A stretch of DNA of 64,000 bases from Octopus bimaculoides (taxonomy: Eukaryota), in NCBI RefSeq assembly GCF_001194135.2, contig NC_068981.1:198951290-199015289 (forward strand), read 5' to 3'. Each line of letters opens with the position of its first letter. The stretch's first letter is position 1. Both the position numbers and the translations under genes were made by a program. Below are positions 1 through 12,926 of this stretch, piece by piece. The notes below the pieces were generated by a model. That model saw only the letters and a program-made list of their open reading frames with translations, was not told the origin of the DNA and made no database searches.

Positions 1-785
1 GGCATTAGGAAAGGCATCTAGCCATTCAAACTATGCCAAATCAGACTGGAGTCTTGTGCAGCCTTGCAGCTTGCCAGCCCTGGTCAAACCGTCCAACCCA
101 TACCAGCACGGACAACTGACATCAAATGGTGATGATGATGATGATGGAGTCTCCCATAGAAAACAGTTCATGTGCAATTCATGTTCAACATGTACATAAA
201 TGGCAGTAGTCTCAGCTGTCTTCACAATAAACCACTGACGCCAACAACAAAAACAAATATCAACCAATTACAATTGGAGATTAAATTAGGATTTATAGCA
301 AAAAAAGAAAAAAAATGAAAAAGTTTCTTTCAAGTTTGGCTGCTAAAATACTTTGAAAACAATAAAACTTTGTTGGGTTGCGGAAAAAAGGGGAGGGGAG
401 ATTATTTTATTATTATCCCCAACATATTATACCTGTTTTCCATGCTGGCATGGGTTGGATAGTTTGACAGGAGTTGGCAAGACCAGGAGCTGTACCAGGC
501 TCAATTTGTCTGAATTGGCATGGTATCTATGGCTGGATGCCCTTCCTAATGGCAACCACTGGCTGCTTTTCATGTGGCACCGTCACCGATAGGATAACCA
601 AATACCTTGCAAGGCAAAAACTGAAAAAGTGTGAGAACCCTTTCAACTGCGAGGTTGTGGAGTAGTATCGAGTGGTGATGGCCAGTTGAGAGATTGAAGA
701 TATCAAGGGAGAAAGATGGGTGTCTAGTAAATCCTGACAACGTCGCACTAGTGTCAGGCACTAAACAGCAATGGACAAACATTAC

Positions 786-830
786 AAGTCTAATGACAAT
801 ATTTCTTTTAGGTGAAATATTTCCATGTCA
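786..830 (-). CDS. Gene A candidate 45-nt exon (DMEIFHLKEILSLD)
   Basis: tttctgtgacctacag|...|gtaatg; phase 2 to 2, continues an amphipathic stem-like helix. Confidence 0.35.
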
Positions 831-2818
831 CTGTAGGTCACAGAAATGGATTGTTTTGCAATACATTAGAGTTCATATGGGGCCAAACTGGGCAGTAGGG
901 GCCAAACTGGGGCAGAAGGAGCCAATAAATGCATCTGTATTTTTGTTTTGTTTTTTGTCTCCTGTTTAAACATCAACTTAAAATGAAATAATACAATACA
1001 ATAAACTGCTTGTTAGGTTTAATCATGACAATAACGACAATAGCAACAGCATGACAAAGGACAGAGATATCCGTTGTTGTACTCAAGAAGACCCATCCTC
1101 CACAGCAGAAGTGTTAATGTGCTGCCCCCGATGAAGAGTCCTGTGCTGGTGCCACATAAAAAGCATTTGTGTTGGCACCACATAGAAGTGCTTGTGCTGA
1201 TGCCATGTTAAAAGCACCCAGCACACACGGCAAAGCAGTTGGTGTTAGGAAGGGCATCCAGCCATAGAAACCAAGCCAAAGCAGACGGGAACCTGCTGCA
1301 GCTCTCCTGCATGCCAGCCCCAGTCAAACTGTCCAACCCATGCCAGCATGGAAAATGGACATTAAACGATGATGATGATGATGAATAGACTTTGAAATGT
1401 GGATAAGTAAATAAACAAAGACTGAATGAATGGCACCTGTACAGATAGATTATAAAGGATAATATGAAGTAGATGTTGAATGACATTGTCAACATTTGTG
1501 GGTATTTCTATCCAGGCAACAAAGACAGTTGCTGCACCTGCAGTGTTAGGTAATGTCCAAAATAGTGTGTATGTGAGTAATATACGATGCTAACACAGAT
1601 GCTAAGGACAGAGTATTAATTCTCTGAGAGACTCATAAAATATGAAATCGTGAAAGTCATCAACCAACTCAGTTAATCAAATTATTTCAGTATTGTTTTC
1701 TAAAAAAAAAAACTTTTACAGGAAAAAAAAAAAAAGAAAGAAGGAAAGAGATTTAAATGTTCAGCAGACGATGGAGATTGATTAACAAGACATATATTAC
1801 AGACAGCGATATTTATTTAACAAATTACAGTATTAAACCATCTTTACTGGAATATTGTGAACAGAATAATTTATATGCGGAACATATTGCAACTAATGAT
1901 TCTTAAATTTATAAAACTTTCAAACACAATGGCAAATGGTCAAGGATAAAAATAATGAGGAGAATATTTTTTCAAACTACTCACTCAATTTGAAATTTAT
2001 TTCAAATTATGTGCTGGTGGCAAGTAAAAAGCACCATCTGAATGTGACCAATGCCAGGTCTGGCTGACTGGCTCTCATGCCGGTGGCATGTAAAAAGCAG
2101 CAACCGAATGTGGCCGATGCCAGTGCCCCTTGACTGGTCTCCATGCCGGTGGTATGTAAAAAACACTATCCAAATGTGATCGATTCCAAGCTCCTGACTG
2201 GCTCCTGTGCCAGCGGCACATAAAAAGCACCCACTACACTCTCGGAGTGGTTGGTGCTAGGGAGGGCATCCAGCTGTAGAAACCTTGCCAGATCAGATTG
2301 GAGCCTGGTGCAGCCACTGGCTCTCCAGACCTCAGTCAAACCATCCAACCCATGCCAGCACGGAAAACAGATGTTAAAGAATTATGAAGATGATTTATTT
2401 ATTTATTATTTGTAAAACAAAACATTTAAATGAGTTAATCTACACTGAGCCTTATTAGGTGCCATGAGTTTAGATAAGAATTGAACTTGTAAAGCTTCCA
2501 ACATTGCCATAGTAAACATGGCACAAACTGACACAAATTTAAATAAATATTGTTCGCCATATTAAAGTGCAGTCATGCCTAAGTTCACCTGGGTTGTTTG
2601 TCAGTGCAGTAAATAGTGACTCTTTCACTTTCTGTAGTATGGTCTGCTTGTTGTTATTTGTGTATGTCCTGTTGTGGAAAAATGGGGAAATGGGCCAATG
2701 CCTATTGATTAATAGTGAAGGTTAGAAGTTGTAATATGTGCGTGCTGTAAAAATATAAATTATATGTCTCTCTCTCGATGACACAATGTTAATGTATCAA
2801 GATCAGGATAACACTTAC

Positions 2819-2833
2819 ATAAACTCTTTTATT
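2819..2833 (-). CDS. Gene A candidate 15-nt microexon (E-IKEF)
   Basis: ttatttttgtgcag|aataaaagagtttat|GTAAGTG; phase 2 to 2, in frame with flanking candidates. Confidence 0.4.
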
Positions 2834-3869
2834 CTGCACAAAAATAATAATAATTTAACAATGTAATTCAGAAATAGAAATAATAACTTTGTAAGTTTGG
2901 CAGACATAACAGTGTAAGAGATCATTGATAATGTGAGCTAATAAGATGGTAGAAGTATGACAGGTAATATTTCATATCAGCTGAATTCACACTAATTTTA
3001 ACAGTGAACAGACAACACACAGATGTATTTTGCTTTCGCTTTAATGAGTATGAAATGTTAGGAGAGAAATTAAGGTATTCGTGATGGACTAATTTAGAAA
3101 AATTAGAATGGTAATTATGAAGAAAAATCAATAATTCTACTAGACCTGTCAATATTGGAATTATTGATGTAGTGACCACCTTTCTCTATTTTTATGACTT
3201 ATCATTGCTGTTATACAGCTTACAATAATAAAAGCAATTTTTAAATTCAATTTATGTTTTTGTTTGTTACTTTTTTAATTCTTCTCTACGATAGAAAGAA
3301 CATTCGAAAGAAGTGAAAAGTGAGCATAAAATAAGCATTAATAATAAAATGAAACAAAGCAACAAGAAGATGGAGAAAAATGTTTCAGAAATTTTGTTCT
3401 TGTTTGCCTGAAGCTCTAGATTTTATTCAATAGTTTCAAGATTTAAGAAAACACTCTTTTATAGTTTTCCTTCATTATAAATTTAATTAATACATTAATA
3501 ATTAAATATATAATTGAGGCAAAATCTAACATGAAACCTTTCAGATGTTATTGCTCTCTTGTGTTCGGGAGAAAACTTTTAATGGCATCTTCTATAAACG
3601 TGCCATTGCATATTTTCACCATTGTAAACATGTAAATAACATATTGAAAAATACAAACATGAAAATAATTGCAAGATTCTAATCAATACCGAAAAGAAAT
3701 TTATCAAAATAACATTTGTACAGCCTTGACATGCTACAAGCATAAGAACTGATAAATAAACAATTATCTTTGTTCTATCAGATCTTTTCATACACTGAGC
3801 TGACAATTAAGACTTAGCGATAAACAGTGTAGAAAGCGAATTCCAAGTCAAGTGTTGCTGCAATGATCT

Positions 3870-3911
<42 letters not shown>

Positions 3912-4039
3912 CCACACACACATGTACATACATATATACATATATCCTCATAATTGTTTAACTTCCGCTTTCCATGCTGGCATGGGTTGGACAGTTTGAC
4001 TGGGGACTGGCAAGCCAGGAGGCTGCACCAGCAGTGAGC

Positions 4040-5710
4040 TGCATGGTATTTTTGTTAGCCCAAATGTAAAAGGCTCACTGACTGCAGACCCCAAGAAGCA
4101 CTCAAACCGTCCCAAAGTGTTTTCACTTCCCCACTAGAAAACATGAAAATAAGCAGACCTGATGAGTTCTTCAACACCTCTAACCTACAAGAGAAAAAGG
4201 CAACCGTCAATTATACTGACATTACAGAAGAGGATGTATTGTTGGCCATTGATGAGATAAATCCAAACTCTGCAACAGGCCCAAATGGACTCCCAGCAAT
4301 TCTGTTAAAAACATGAAAGAAAGCTCTTGCAAATGCTTTTCCTGAGTTCCCTTCAAAGCAGTACATTTCCTCAAACATTAAAAGAAGGAATAATCTGCCC
4401 TGTCCACAAAGGAGAAAGCAGAGCAGATGCTATAAACTACAGGCCTATCTCTCTGACCTCACATGTCAGCAAAATCATGGAACAGATTGTCAGAAAAAGA
4501 CTGACCACGTTCCTAGGGGAAAATGACTTGCTTACAGACAAAGTAACATGGTTTCTGTCCTGGAAGGAGCTACCTAAAACAGCTACTACAACACTTCGAC
4601 TGGGTACTAAGACAACAGCTCAACCATTCAAATGTGGATGTGATGTATCTCGACTCTGCCAAGGCCTTTGACAAAGTCGATCATGGAATGATATGTCACA
4701 AATTGCGTGACCTCAGTATCGCTGGTAGACTGGGAGAGTGGCTGCATGATTTCCTAAGGGGCAGAAATCAGGCTGTCACAGTAAATAGTGCTCTCTCTGA
4801 AGTGGCACCAATCCTCAGTGGAGTCCCCCAGGGAACAGTGCTGGGTCCACTACTGTTTGTGGTTGCTCTCTTGGACATGCCCTCAGCCATAGTCAGCCAC
4901 ACTCACTAGCTACACCGATGATACAAAAGTATCGCAGGCGGTCAAGGATCCTACTGACATCCTAAGACTGCAGAATGACCTGAACGCGATATATAAATGG
5001 GCTGATGAGAATAATATGCAGTTCAATGGTGCAAAATTCCAAGCACTCCATTATCAGCCCACACACAAACTGCAACTGAAGTACATAGGACCATCAGGCA
5101 ATGTAATCTCAGAGTTAGAGTCAGTGCATGACCTGGGAATCCACACAAGAAATTGATGCAACTTTCCATGTGCACATTGCTCAGATGGCAACACTATGCA
5201 GGCGGGTGGCAGGTTGGATCTTTAGATCCTTCAGGACTAGGAACAATGCTTCTGCTTTGGAGAACCTTTGTCCTCAGTCATCTGGACTACTGCTCCCAAC
5301 TGTGGTCCTCACAGGTTGTAAAACTAATTGCAGAACTAGAAGCAATCCAACACCACTTCGCAAAAAAGATAGACTCAGTAAAACACATGGGCTACTGGGA
5401 GAGATTGAGGGAACTGGGACTCTACTTCCTGGAGAGGAGACGTGAGAGATATACGGTGCTATACATATGGAAAATAATGGAAAGTCTAGCTCCAAATTTC
5501 GGAATTGAAGTCTACAACCCTGAACTGGATGGCATACCTTTTCCATCGAGGATACGAACCCAATATTGTAATAGCTTGGGATTCAAGGGACCACATCTTT
5601 TTAATGCCCTACCACAGGACATCAGGGATCTGCAAGGTGTAGACATGGAAGTCTTCAAAAAACGTCTAGACAGTTTTTTATCTTGCAGATAAACCCACAT
5701 CGCAGCAGGA
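4040..5710 (+). mobile_element. Decayed CR1/L2-group LINE, reverse transcriptase region of ORF2
   Basis: NYRPISLTS, YLDSAKAFDKVDH, SGVPQGTVLGPLLF, SYTDDTK and LDYCSQLWS motifs spread over several frameshifted frames. Confidence 0.92.
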
Positions 5711-7501
5711 GGCACAAAGAAGAGTAGCAACTGGATAGATAGATAGATAGATAGACAGATATGTGTGTAGATGTAGTAAACAGTTAAAATAATTTTTATT
5801 AACAGACAGCATAACTCTGCAGCAATGATTTTTGTCAAACTCCAAATAATTTTGAAGCAATAAACTGGTAAAGTTCTTAGAATGTTAGGGTTAGGGGTTT
5901 GTGATATTTGTTTTGACTCTCTGCATTTTGAGTTCCATCAAGATCAATGTCATTTCATCCTTTCACTGCCAATAAAAATGTACCAAACCAAGGTAGTGAT
6001 TTGGTAGGACTGGTGTACCAACAGGCTAGGTGCCTTGTCATACCTCTTCTCAAAACCTGAAATTGCAGTGATGCCAAGCTGTACTGGTTTTAAAGCAGTG
6101 GCCCTTCTCTTGGATAACATCATTTGTGTAGAGGGAGAGATTTGCATTTATAATTAGCTGACAGCTTTGTTTAAACGAAAAACATTATGCAGCCCGATGC
6201 ATAAAAGTGCAGACACATGGTGAACCCTCACCAATGTAGGCCCTAAAAAGCAATCAATAAATTCTGTATCATGGAATACTTTGAGTTGTTAAATGATTAT
6301 GAATCCTGTGTTGGTGTCACATGTAAAGCATTTTTGTGCTGGTGCCATGTAAAAGTGCTGATGCTGGTGTCACATTAAAAACACTCTAAAGTGGTTGGCA
6401 TCAGGAAAGGCATCCAGCCATAAAAAACCAATCCAAACCAGATTGGAACCCGGTGTAGTTCTACAACTTGCCAGCCCTGGTCAAACCATCTGACTTATGC
6501 CAGCATAGAAATCAGACATTAAAGAATAATGATGATGATGATGAGTTCTGTAAAGTGGTTGGTGTTAGGAGGGGTATCCGACCATAAATTCCATGCCAAA
6601 GAAGACAGTGGAGCTTGGCCCTCTGGCTTACCAGCATCCGTCAAACTGTCCAACCCATGCCAGCATGGAAGAAGGATGTTAAATGATGACAATGAGTATA
6701 AAATACCAAAATACACAGAAATTATCCTGTTGCTGTTGTTGTCATCCTTGATCCAGCAAACCTAGGATGACAAGAGCACCAACAATTAATCAGCCACAGT
6801 TTGCCTAGGATTACATTATTTAATGTGTCCTTTCTTTTTTATTTGTGTAATGTTTAGCTGTTTCTTGTTGGTCGATGGAATCAATCTATTGGACAACCCA
6901 ATATAATGGAAACCTTTCCATCACCCCCATCCCCCTCTGCTATGGACATAAATCCAGTTTCTTTGACTGTCTTCCCAAACCCGACTATCGAAAGATCTAC
7001 GTTAATCAGACAGACAAATCATATAAACATTTACATTCATTATTCAGTAAATTCTAATTGAAATTAATTTATCTAATTGTCCCTTACAATGTCTTTAATT
7101 CTTAATCCATTATTTAAAACAAGGAATAAAATAAACATTAGACATGAAACATTGAAAGCTAAGTTGGAATTCACATGCCATTTCTAAGTGGTTCAGAAAA
7201 TTAATTTACTGGTATCTAACCACATATCTAGACAATATATTGAATAAATTAGAATTTCTTGGGGCACATATACTATTGTCCACACCCAAGAGAAGAAGTA
7301 CAGCAGAGATCTAATATTAATATTTAACTTCTTTTGTTTTGTGATAACGAAGCCATAAAAACAAATTACTGAGTTTTTATCACCAAATTTGTAATGTCAT
7401 TAATTATTAATAAGGAAAATAAATTACTTAAAGTGTAGTAAGAGTGGTACTAATATAGCAATTAATAATATCAAATATAGGACACATTGCCATCATCATC
7501 A

Positions 7502-7550
<49 letters not shown>

Positions 7551-7868
7551 CACACATGTATCGTCTATCTGGATGTTTTGTTGTCTCTTTTTTGTATCAC
7601 CTAACTGACTGGATGTTTTGCGTTCTTGTTCCATTTTGTATTTTATANNNNNNNNNNCACACAACATCGTGAAGTATATTTGCCACTTAAATGTGGCTAA
7701 CCCTTAAGGGTTGATGCTACTGTAGCTTGTAGCCCCAGGAAGACACCTCCTCCAGCTGTCTATTGACACACTTTCTGTGCCCTATCAGTATTTGCAAAGG
7801 GAAGTCATTGTTCCCATATAGAAAGAGGCCTGAACATTGCTGTTAAAGTGTTTGTTGTGTAAACTTAC

Positions 7869-7901
7869 TCTGAAGTAGTCAAATGAAGTTGTAGGACTCT
7901 A
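7869..7901 (-). CDS. Gene A candidate 33/30-nt exon (RVLQLHLTTS) with NAGNAG acceptor
   Basis: ttcttttgtctcctttcattcag|tag|...ga|GTAAGT; phase 2 to 2, in frame with the TM exon. Confidence 0.45.
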
Positions 7902-8077
7902 CTGAATGAAAGGAGACAAAAGAAGAATCTGGTTTTCTCATCAGTAACATTTTCTAACAGTTCATTATTCAACAATGTTATAGAAACATCTATCAGACAA
8001 ATTACATTCACAGACTAGCCTCCTCTTGAACATAGACAAAAACAAAGAAAGAGAAACAATTCACAAAAAGGAGTTAC

Positions 8078-8132
8078 AATACTATCACCAGTGTTATGAA
8101 TGAAGAAACAACAAAAGCAAACAAAAACACAG
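8078..8132 (-). CDS. Gene A candidate exon encoding a transmembrane helix (AVFLFAFVVSSFITLVIV)
   Basis: tcgtctttcag|...|gtaact; 55 nt, phase 1 to 2, strongly hydrophobic open frame. Confidence 0.45.
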
Positions 8133-8499
8133 CTGAAAGACGATGTTGTAAAGAGAGACGACAAGTTCAAAAGCTGTTAATTGGTTAACACTAATTAGAA
8201 TGAAGTTTATATAAAGATGGAGTAAGTAACTGGTAATTATTTCTAAGACAAAAAGTTTATAATTTGCTAAAAGCAAATGAAACAATTAAGAGACTGGGTG
8301 GGTAACTTTTGAAGAATACTTTCCCTCCCATGGGTAAATATCAAGAAATATGGCAGGCATACAATAATTATTATGCAATTACTATTTAATAATTTTTATC
8401 ACATTTCTTGGTGTTTATACAGAATATCAAAATGAAAACTAATTTTCGACAGAAAAATGTTTATTATTTTAAAATTAAATGAAACAAATTTCTCATTTG

Positions 8500-9030
8500 T
8501 ATATTTTATGCTCTCTCTCTCCCTCTCTTTTACACTCTCTCTCTCCCTCTCTTTTATGCTCTCTCTCTCCCTCTCTTTTACACTCTCTCTCTCCCTNNNN
8601 NNNNNNCTCTCCCTCTCTTTTACACTCTCTCTCTCCCTCTCTTTTATGCTCTCTCTCTCCCTCTCTTTTACACTCTCTCTCCCTCTCTTTTATGCTCTCT
8701 CTCCCTCTCTTTTACACTCTCTCTCTCCCTCCCTTTTTTACACTCTCTCTCCCTCTCTTTTATGCTCTCTTTCTCCTTCTCTTTTATGCTCTCTTGCTTC
8801 CTTCCTCTCTTTTATGCTTTCTCTCTCTCCCTCTCTTTTACGCTCTCTCTCTCTCCTTCTCTTTTACACTCTCTCTCTCCCTCTCTTTTATGCTCTCTTG
8901 CTTCCTTCCTCTCTTTTACACTCTCTCTCTCCTTCTCTTTTATGCTCTCTTCCTTCCTCTCTTTTATGCTCTTTCTCTCTCTCTCACCCTTCCTCTCTTT
9001 TATGCTTTCTCCCCCTCCTCTCTATCTCTC
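8500..9030. repeat. CT-rich minisatellite (unit about 24 bp, ctctctctctccctctctttta-ca/tg)
   Basis: Direct inspection; source of spurious L/S-rich ORFs. Confidence 0.95.
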
Positions 9031-9077
9031 TGTATATATAACCCAACCAGCCAACCAACATTTATATTGACACTTAC

Positions 9078-9102
9078 CAAATAAAAACAGAAACAGTTCT
9101 TG
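9078..9102 (-). CDS. Gene A candidate exon (QELFLFLF, phase 0 to 1); an alternative upstream acceptor would give 9078-9193
   Basis: Strong donor tg|GTAAGTG at 9077. Acceptors are tcttgtcttcag (25-nt exon) or ggttgttttcag (116-nt exon). The 25-nt form joins in frame to 8078-8132. Confidence 0.35.
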
Positions 9103-10095
9103 CTGAAGACAAGAATTCTTGCTGCAGAAAGGAATGGAAGAAATAAACAGCAGGAATGAATGTAGGTAACGATTCCCTTGTTAAGTCTCCCCACTGAAAA
9201 CAACCAACATTCAAAGTGTCTTGTCTGAGTATGGCGTATGAAAAAGTTATAAAGGAAAAGGGAGATCCAGGAATACACTCATACCTAGGTACTATGGCCC
9301 TCCCTTTAACGGGTTTTGGAGTCACTGGACAAAATCTGATTTTTTATTTTAAAAATCTGAATTTTCTGTATTATAATGGCTATTTACAGTGTACAGGTAT
9401 TTTACACTGTCAAATTGGATTTTGTACTTGATTAAAAGTACTGTACTGTATTTATTCCACAGTCTTTCATAATCTAATTGTTGATAGTAGCCACTCTTAA
9501 CTTAACCTAACCTCAATGTCAGTACCTACGGACAATCGGCTTCATTGAACGGATGTTCCTCACTTTTAGTCTATAGTACCGAGGTATGAGTGTATCGAAC
9601 AATGGGTTGGAGGAGATCACTCAGGCTTGCTTGCATTGAACTACAGATGTTAGTATGTTAGACCAGAAAGAGATAAATTAGCAGTTAGCATGGTCAGAAA
9701 AACTGACTGTCCAACTCTTTAATACGGAAAGAAAAGATAGCTCTGACAAAGAAGGGATGAACAAAGACAGACAACACAATATAGTGGGGTACATAAAACA
9801 TTAATCGAATGAATATGAATTAGTCTTTGTTCATCGAATTTTACTTCCTTGACCTGCACAACGTCGCTATTCACACCCCTTCCTGCATAGCTGACGGCTG
9901 GTTGAGTGTCCAAATGACATGAAAATTTCCAGAAATTGTCTTCACAAAATCACAGTTCAATAAATTTACAGAAATTTTCTATTCCATATGGCGAAAATTA
10001 GTTTTCCACAGGACAACAGTTCAAATTCCAATAAAATTTTCAATTCAAATATAACATAAATTCGCAATAACAGAAGAGGACACGAACTCACATAC

Positions 10096-10107
10096 CGCAG
10101 ATAACAA
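10096..10107 (-). CDS. Gene A candidate 12-nt microexon (LLSA in phase 0)
   Basis: gtgttgttttcag|ttgttatctgcg|gtatgt: canonical acceptor and donor, length divisible by 3. Confidence 0.3.
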
Positions 10108-10221
10108 CTGAAAACAACACTGTGTCGCAGACAAAAAAGGTGTGGCCTTGCTAGATGTCGATGCCTATCTGCCTTTCAAAACAAATATTTCAGGTGAAAT
10201 ACATTCACTGATTTTTGAAAA

Positions 10222-10640
10222 TAGAAATAATATATTTCTAAATCTCTCAGAGAAATCTATGCAGTAGCAGCACAATAAAGTGATAGTATGTTGTTAACTT
10301 ACTGTGACGGTCCCATGAAAGGGAAGAATGCTACTGTTATTTAGTCCCATGAAACACTGTTTCCTGTTGGACTTGACACATTTCCTGATGATGAGCAATG
10401 ACTCTGAAACTAGTCTCTGGATGCTGGCTTTGCTGGGTGGAGGTGCTTGTCTTCACTTTGAAAACATGGACACAGGAAATGTGTCAAGTACAACAGGAAA
10501 CGATGTTTCCTAGGGCTAAATAACAGTAGCATTCTTCCTTTTCATGGGACTGTCACATTAAGTTGACAACATACTGTCACTTTATCGTGCTGCTACTGCA
10601 TAAATCTCTCTGAGAGATTTAGAAATGTATTATTTCTATT
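10222..10640. mobile_element. Foldback (MITE-like) element with ~165-bp inverted arms and an ~85-bp loop containing a hammerhead-like core
   Basis: Arm 10222-10387 is a high-identity reverse complement of 10473-10640. The loop starts with CTGATGA...GAAACTAGTC. Confidence 0.8.
10385..10415 (+). ncRNA. Degenerate hammerhead ribozyme-like core
   Basis: CUGAUGA-u-GAG caauga CUC-u-GAAAC-ua-GUC. Core boxes, stem II, a minimal stem III and a GUC triplet are present; stem I is not evident. Confidence 0.4.
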
Positions 10641-10689
10641 CCTAATGAGTTGTTGAGAAGTGAAGATATGTAAATATATATCATTTTGA

Positions 10690-10935
10690 AAACATCAGAA
10701 AGTCTATCATGGATTAATGATGACCAATACAGACTTCCCACACCATCATTTGAACAACATTGCCAAGACAAACAACTATTTCAACTTGAAAAATTTGATG
10801 AACTGTCAACAGTTAATTTATTGCTAATGAATTTTGATATTGCAATTATAAAACTTGTGAGATCTGTAATCTAATGTAACTATCAGTGGCCACCACTCAA
10901 AGCAAATTCTAAACAACTTACTGGAGTCCATGGAA
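10690..10935 (+). repeat. Left arm of an ~250-bp imperfect inverted repeat flanking the Tc1 region
   Basis: Reverse complement of 12910-13160; both arms translate to LMNFDI(A/T)IIKL. Confidence 0.75.
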
Positions 10936-10987
10936 AAAAAAAAACTGATGGAAGAAATTCTATCACAATTCCGAGAAACAAAAGAAT

Positions 10988-11228
10988 TTTACATAATTTA
11001 CATTTGATGGATATTTGTCCTCATCTTGTTTGTTGTTAACACATTTCGGCTGATATACCCTCCAGCCTTCATCAGGTGTCTTGGGGAAATTTTGAACCTG
11101 GGTTCTTATTCCTAAGGTATTTTTCAATGTTGTTATTATTATTCTTCAAGTCACTGCCTGGAATCAATCTCGGAAACTTGGGGTTAGTAGCCCGCGCTCT
11201 TAACCACTATGCCATTTGCCCATGGGCT
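10988..11228 (-). mobile_element. tRNA-headed element with Penelope-type hammerhead tail, copy 1
   Basis: Reverse complement of copy 2; A box TGGCATAGTGG, degenerate B box, tail containing gacacCTGATGA...GAAA. Confidence 0.8.
11038..11080 (-). ncRNA. Minimal type I hammerhead motif, cleavage region deleted
   Basis: gacac CUGAUGA a GGCUG gaggguauau CAGCC GAAA u gugUU. Confidence 0.5.
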
Positions 11229-11284
11229 AATGGTTGTAATGGATCCTCTAGCTTTATATGAATCCACTGATGTCATTATATTCA

Positions 11285-11575
11285 AGCCCACAGACATATG
11301 GTGTAGTGGTTAAAAGCGTGGGCTACTAACCCCAAGATTCTGAGTTTGATTCCAGGCAGTGACTTGAATAATAATAATAATAATAGTAACAACAACATCA
11401 AAAAATATCTTAGGAATGAGAACTCAGGTTCGAAATTTCCCCCAAGACACCTGATGAAGGCTGGATGGTATATCAGCTGAAACTTTGTGTTAACAACAAA
11501 CAAGATAAGGACAAATATCTGTCAAATGTAAATAATGTACATAATTCCTCATCTCTTAAATATAGAACTGGATTA
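11285..11575 (+). mobile_element. tRNA-headed element with Penelope-type hammerhead tail, copy 2
   Basis: TGGTGTAGTGG A box, GAGTTTGATTCC B box, AAT-rich linker, hammerhead motif, tail ending tcttaaatatagaactg. Confidence 0.8.
11446..11491 (+). ncRNA. Minimal type I hammerhead motif (GAAAC-UUU variant)
   Basis: gacac CUGAUGA a GGCUG gaugguauau CAGCU GAAAC uuu guguu. Confidence 0.55.
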
Positions 11576-11959
11576 AAAGAATTTTATACCAGGAAAAAAA
11601 TGATGAATCCAGACATTATAAACTGTTTGTCTCTCGTGCTTTCTGTGTATCTGCTTCTCTTTCTCGTGAAAACATATTTTTACTATTGTTTCATTGAGAG
11701 AGAGAGAAAGATAAACAGTTTATAACGTCTACATTGATCATCATCTCTCTGGTATTAAAACTCTTTCAATTCTCAGAGAAGTGATAAAACCTCTTCCATT
11801 CTTTGGAAACCCCACTTTTTATTTAACTATTTTTTTGATTGCCATTATGACAAACTCAAAACTGTTCCAGTCTATGGACCCATCTATATGGGTTCATATG
11901 CATTACATATGCCTTGCACTTTATTATACAGCTCTCTAGTTTTTGTTTCTTTTTGGCCA

Positions 11960-12926
11960 ATATTTATATTTAAATAAGATAAAATGCATGACCTGTCTAC
12001 TTTCCAAAGAGGACAGATTGTTGGAGTATGGATGGCTGGAGTTTCAGCCACTAAAACTGGTGAATTGTTTAATGTTCCAAGAGATAGAGTCTTTAAAATC
12101 ATATCAGCATTCCAAAACCAAAGTGAAACCATAGTTCTGGTAAGCANNNNNNNNNNNNNNNNNNNNNNNNNNNNNNNNNNNNNNNNNNNNNNNNNNNNNN
12201 NNNNNNNNNNNNNNNNGGATGGAAAGCAAAGCCCAGAGAATAGTGAAAGGTAGTGTGTCTAAAAAAAGGCATCAAACTACAGCAGCACAGGTGAGGGCAG
12301 GGCTAAAGGCCCTCCATCTTGCTGACCATGTCTCAATCAACGCTGTTCATCATGAGCTCCATAAAACTGGATAGAAAGGAGGAAGGGTTGCCATTGCTGA
12401 ATGTCTCCTGTACCCCATCATCAATATTGAGAAATGTAAAAAGTCATGTCTAGATTATCAAAAGTGGTCCCAGAAACAATGTCCATTTCTCCCTGATGAA
12501 TCACCAGTCACCCTTTTTACCAATTTGGGGAAAGTTCCATAGATGGAACTTGCCTGATGGTAGCACAATCATCCAAGATGATAATATAACCTCTTCGCAT
12601 GGTTAATGCTATTCAAAATAAATACAAAGAGCTCAAAAATGAAGAAGACCAACTGGATTGGACCCCAAAATCACCAGACTTCAATAGAATCGAATGTTTA
12701 TGGTGTAATTTAGAGGAGCAAATGCGGAGCCACTTCCCTCTGCCATCAGCACTGAAAGAGTTAAATCAGGTTGAAAATTTCCCCCCAACAACCATTCAGA
12801 ATGTGTATGAGTCAATTTCTTCGCATATTCAAGGCATGATTGATGCCAAAGGTGGACCAACCCTGTATTAAATAATAAAACTTCCACTGAATAAGTAGTT
12901 TCCATTATGTTTTCCATGGACCCCTT
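11960..12926 (+). mobile_element. Decayed Tc1-family DNA transposon
   Basis: N-terminal DLSTFQRGQIVG...KTGELFNV helix-turn-helix and C-terminal WTPKSPDFNRIECLW...AKGGPTLY; Tc1-like end motif at about 12897-12926. Confidence 0.9.

Noticed and set aside
1438-1589. 50-codon hydrophobic open frame on the - strand (RILLTYTLFWTLPNTAG...)
   Set aside because: Weak donor and phase incompatible with the neighbouring gene A candidates.
5883-5900. Telomeric TTAGGG repeat
   Set aside because: Only two units; consistent with chance.
8457-9084. 194-201 aa L/S-rich ORFs
   Set aside because: Translations of a CT minisatellite.
11295-11365. Functional tRNA gene
   Set aside because: A and B boxes are present but the acceptor stem is incomplete and the sequence is part of a repeated element; called a SINE-like head instead.
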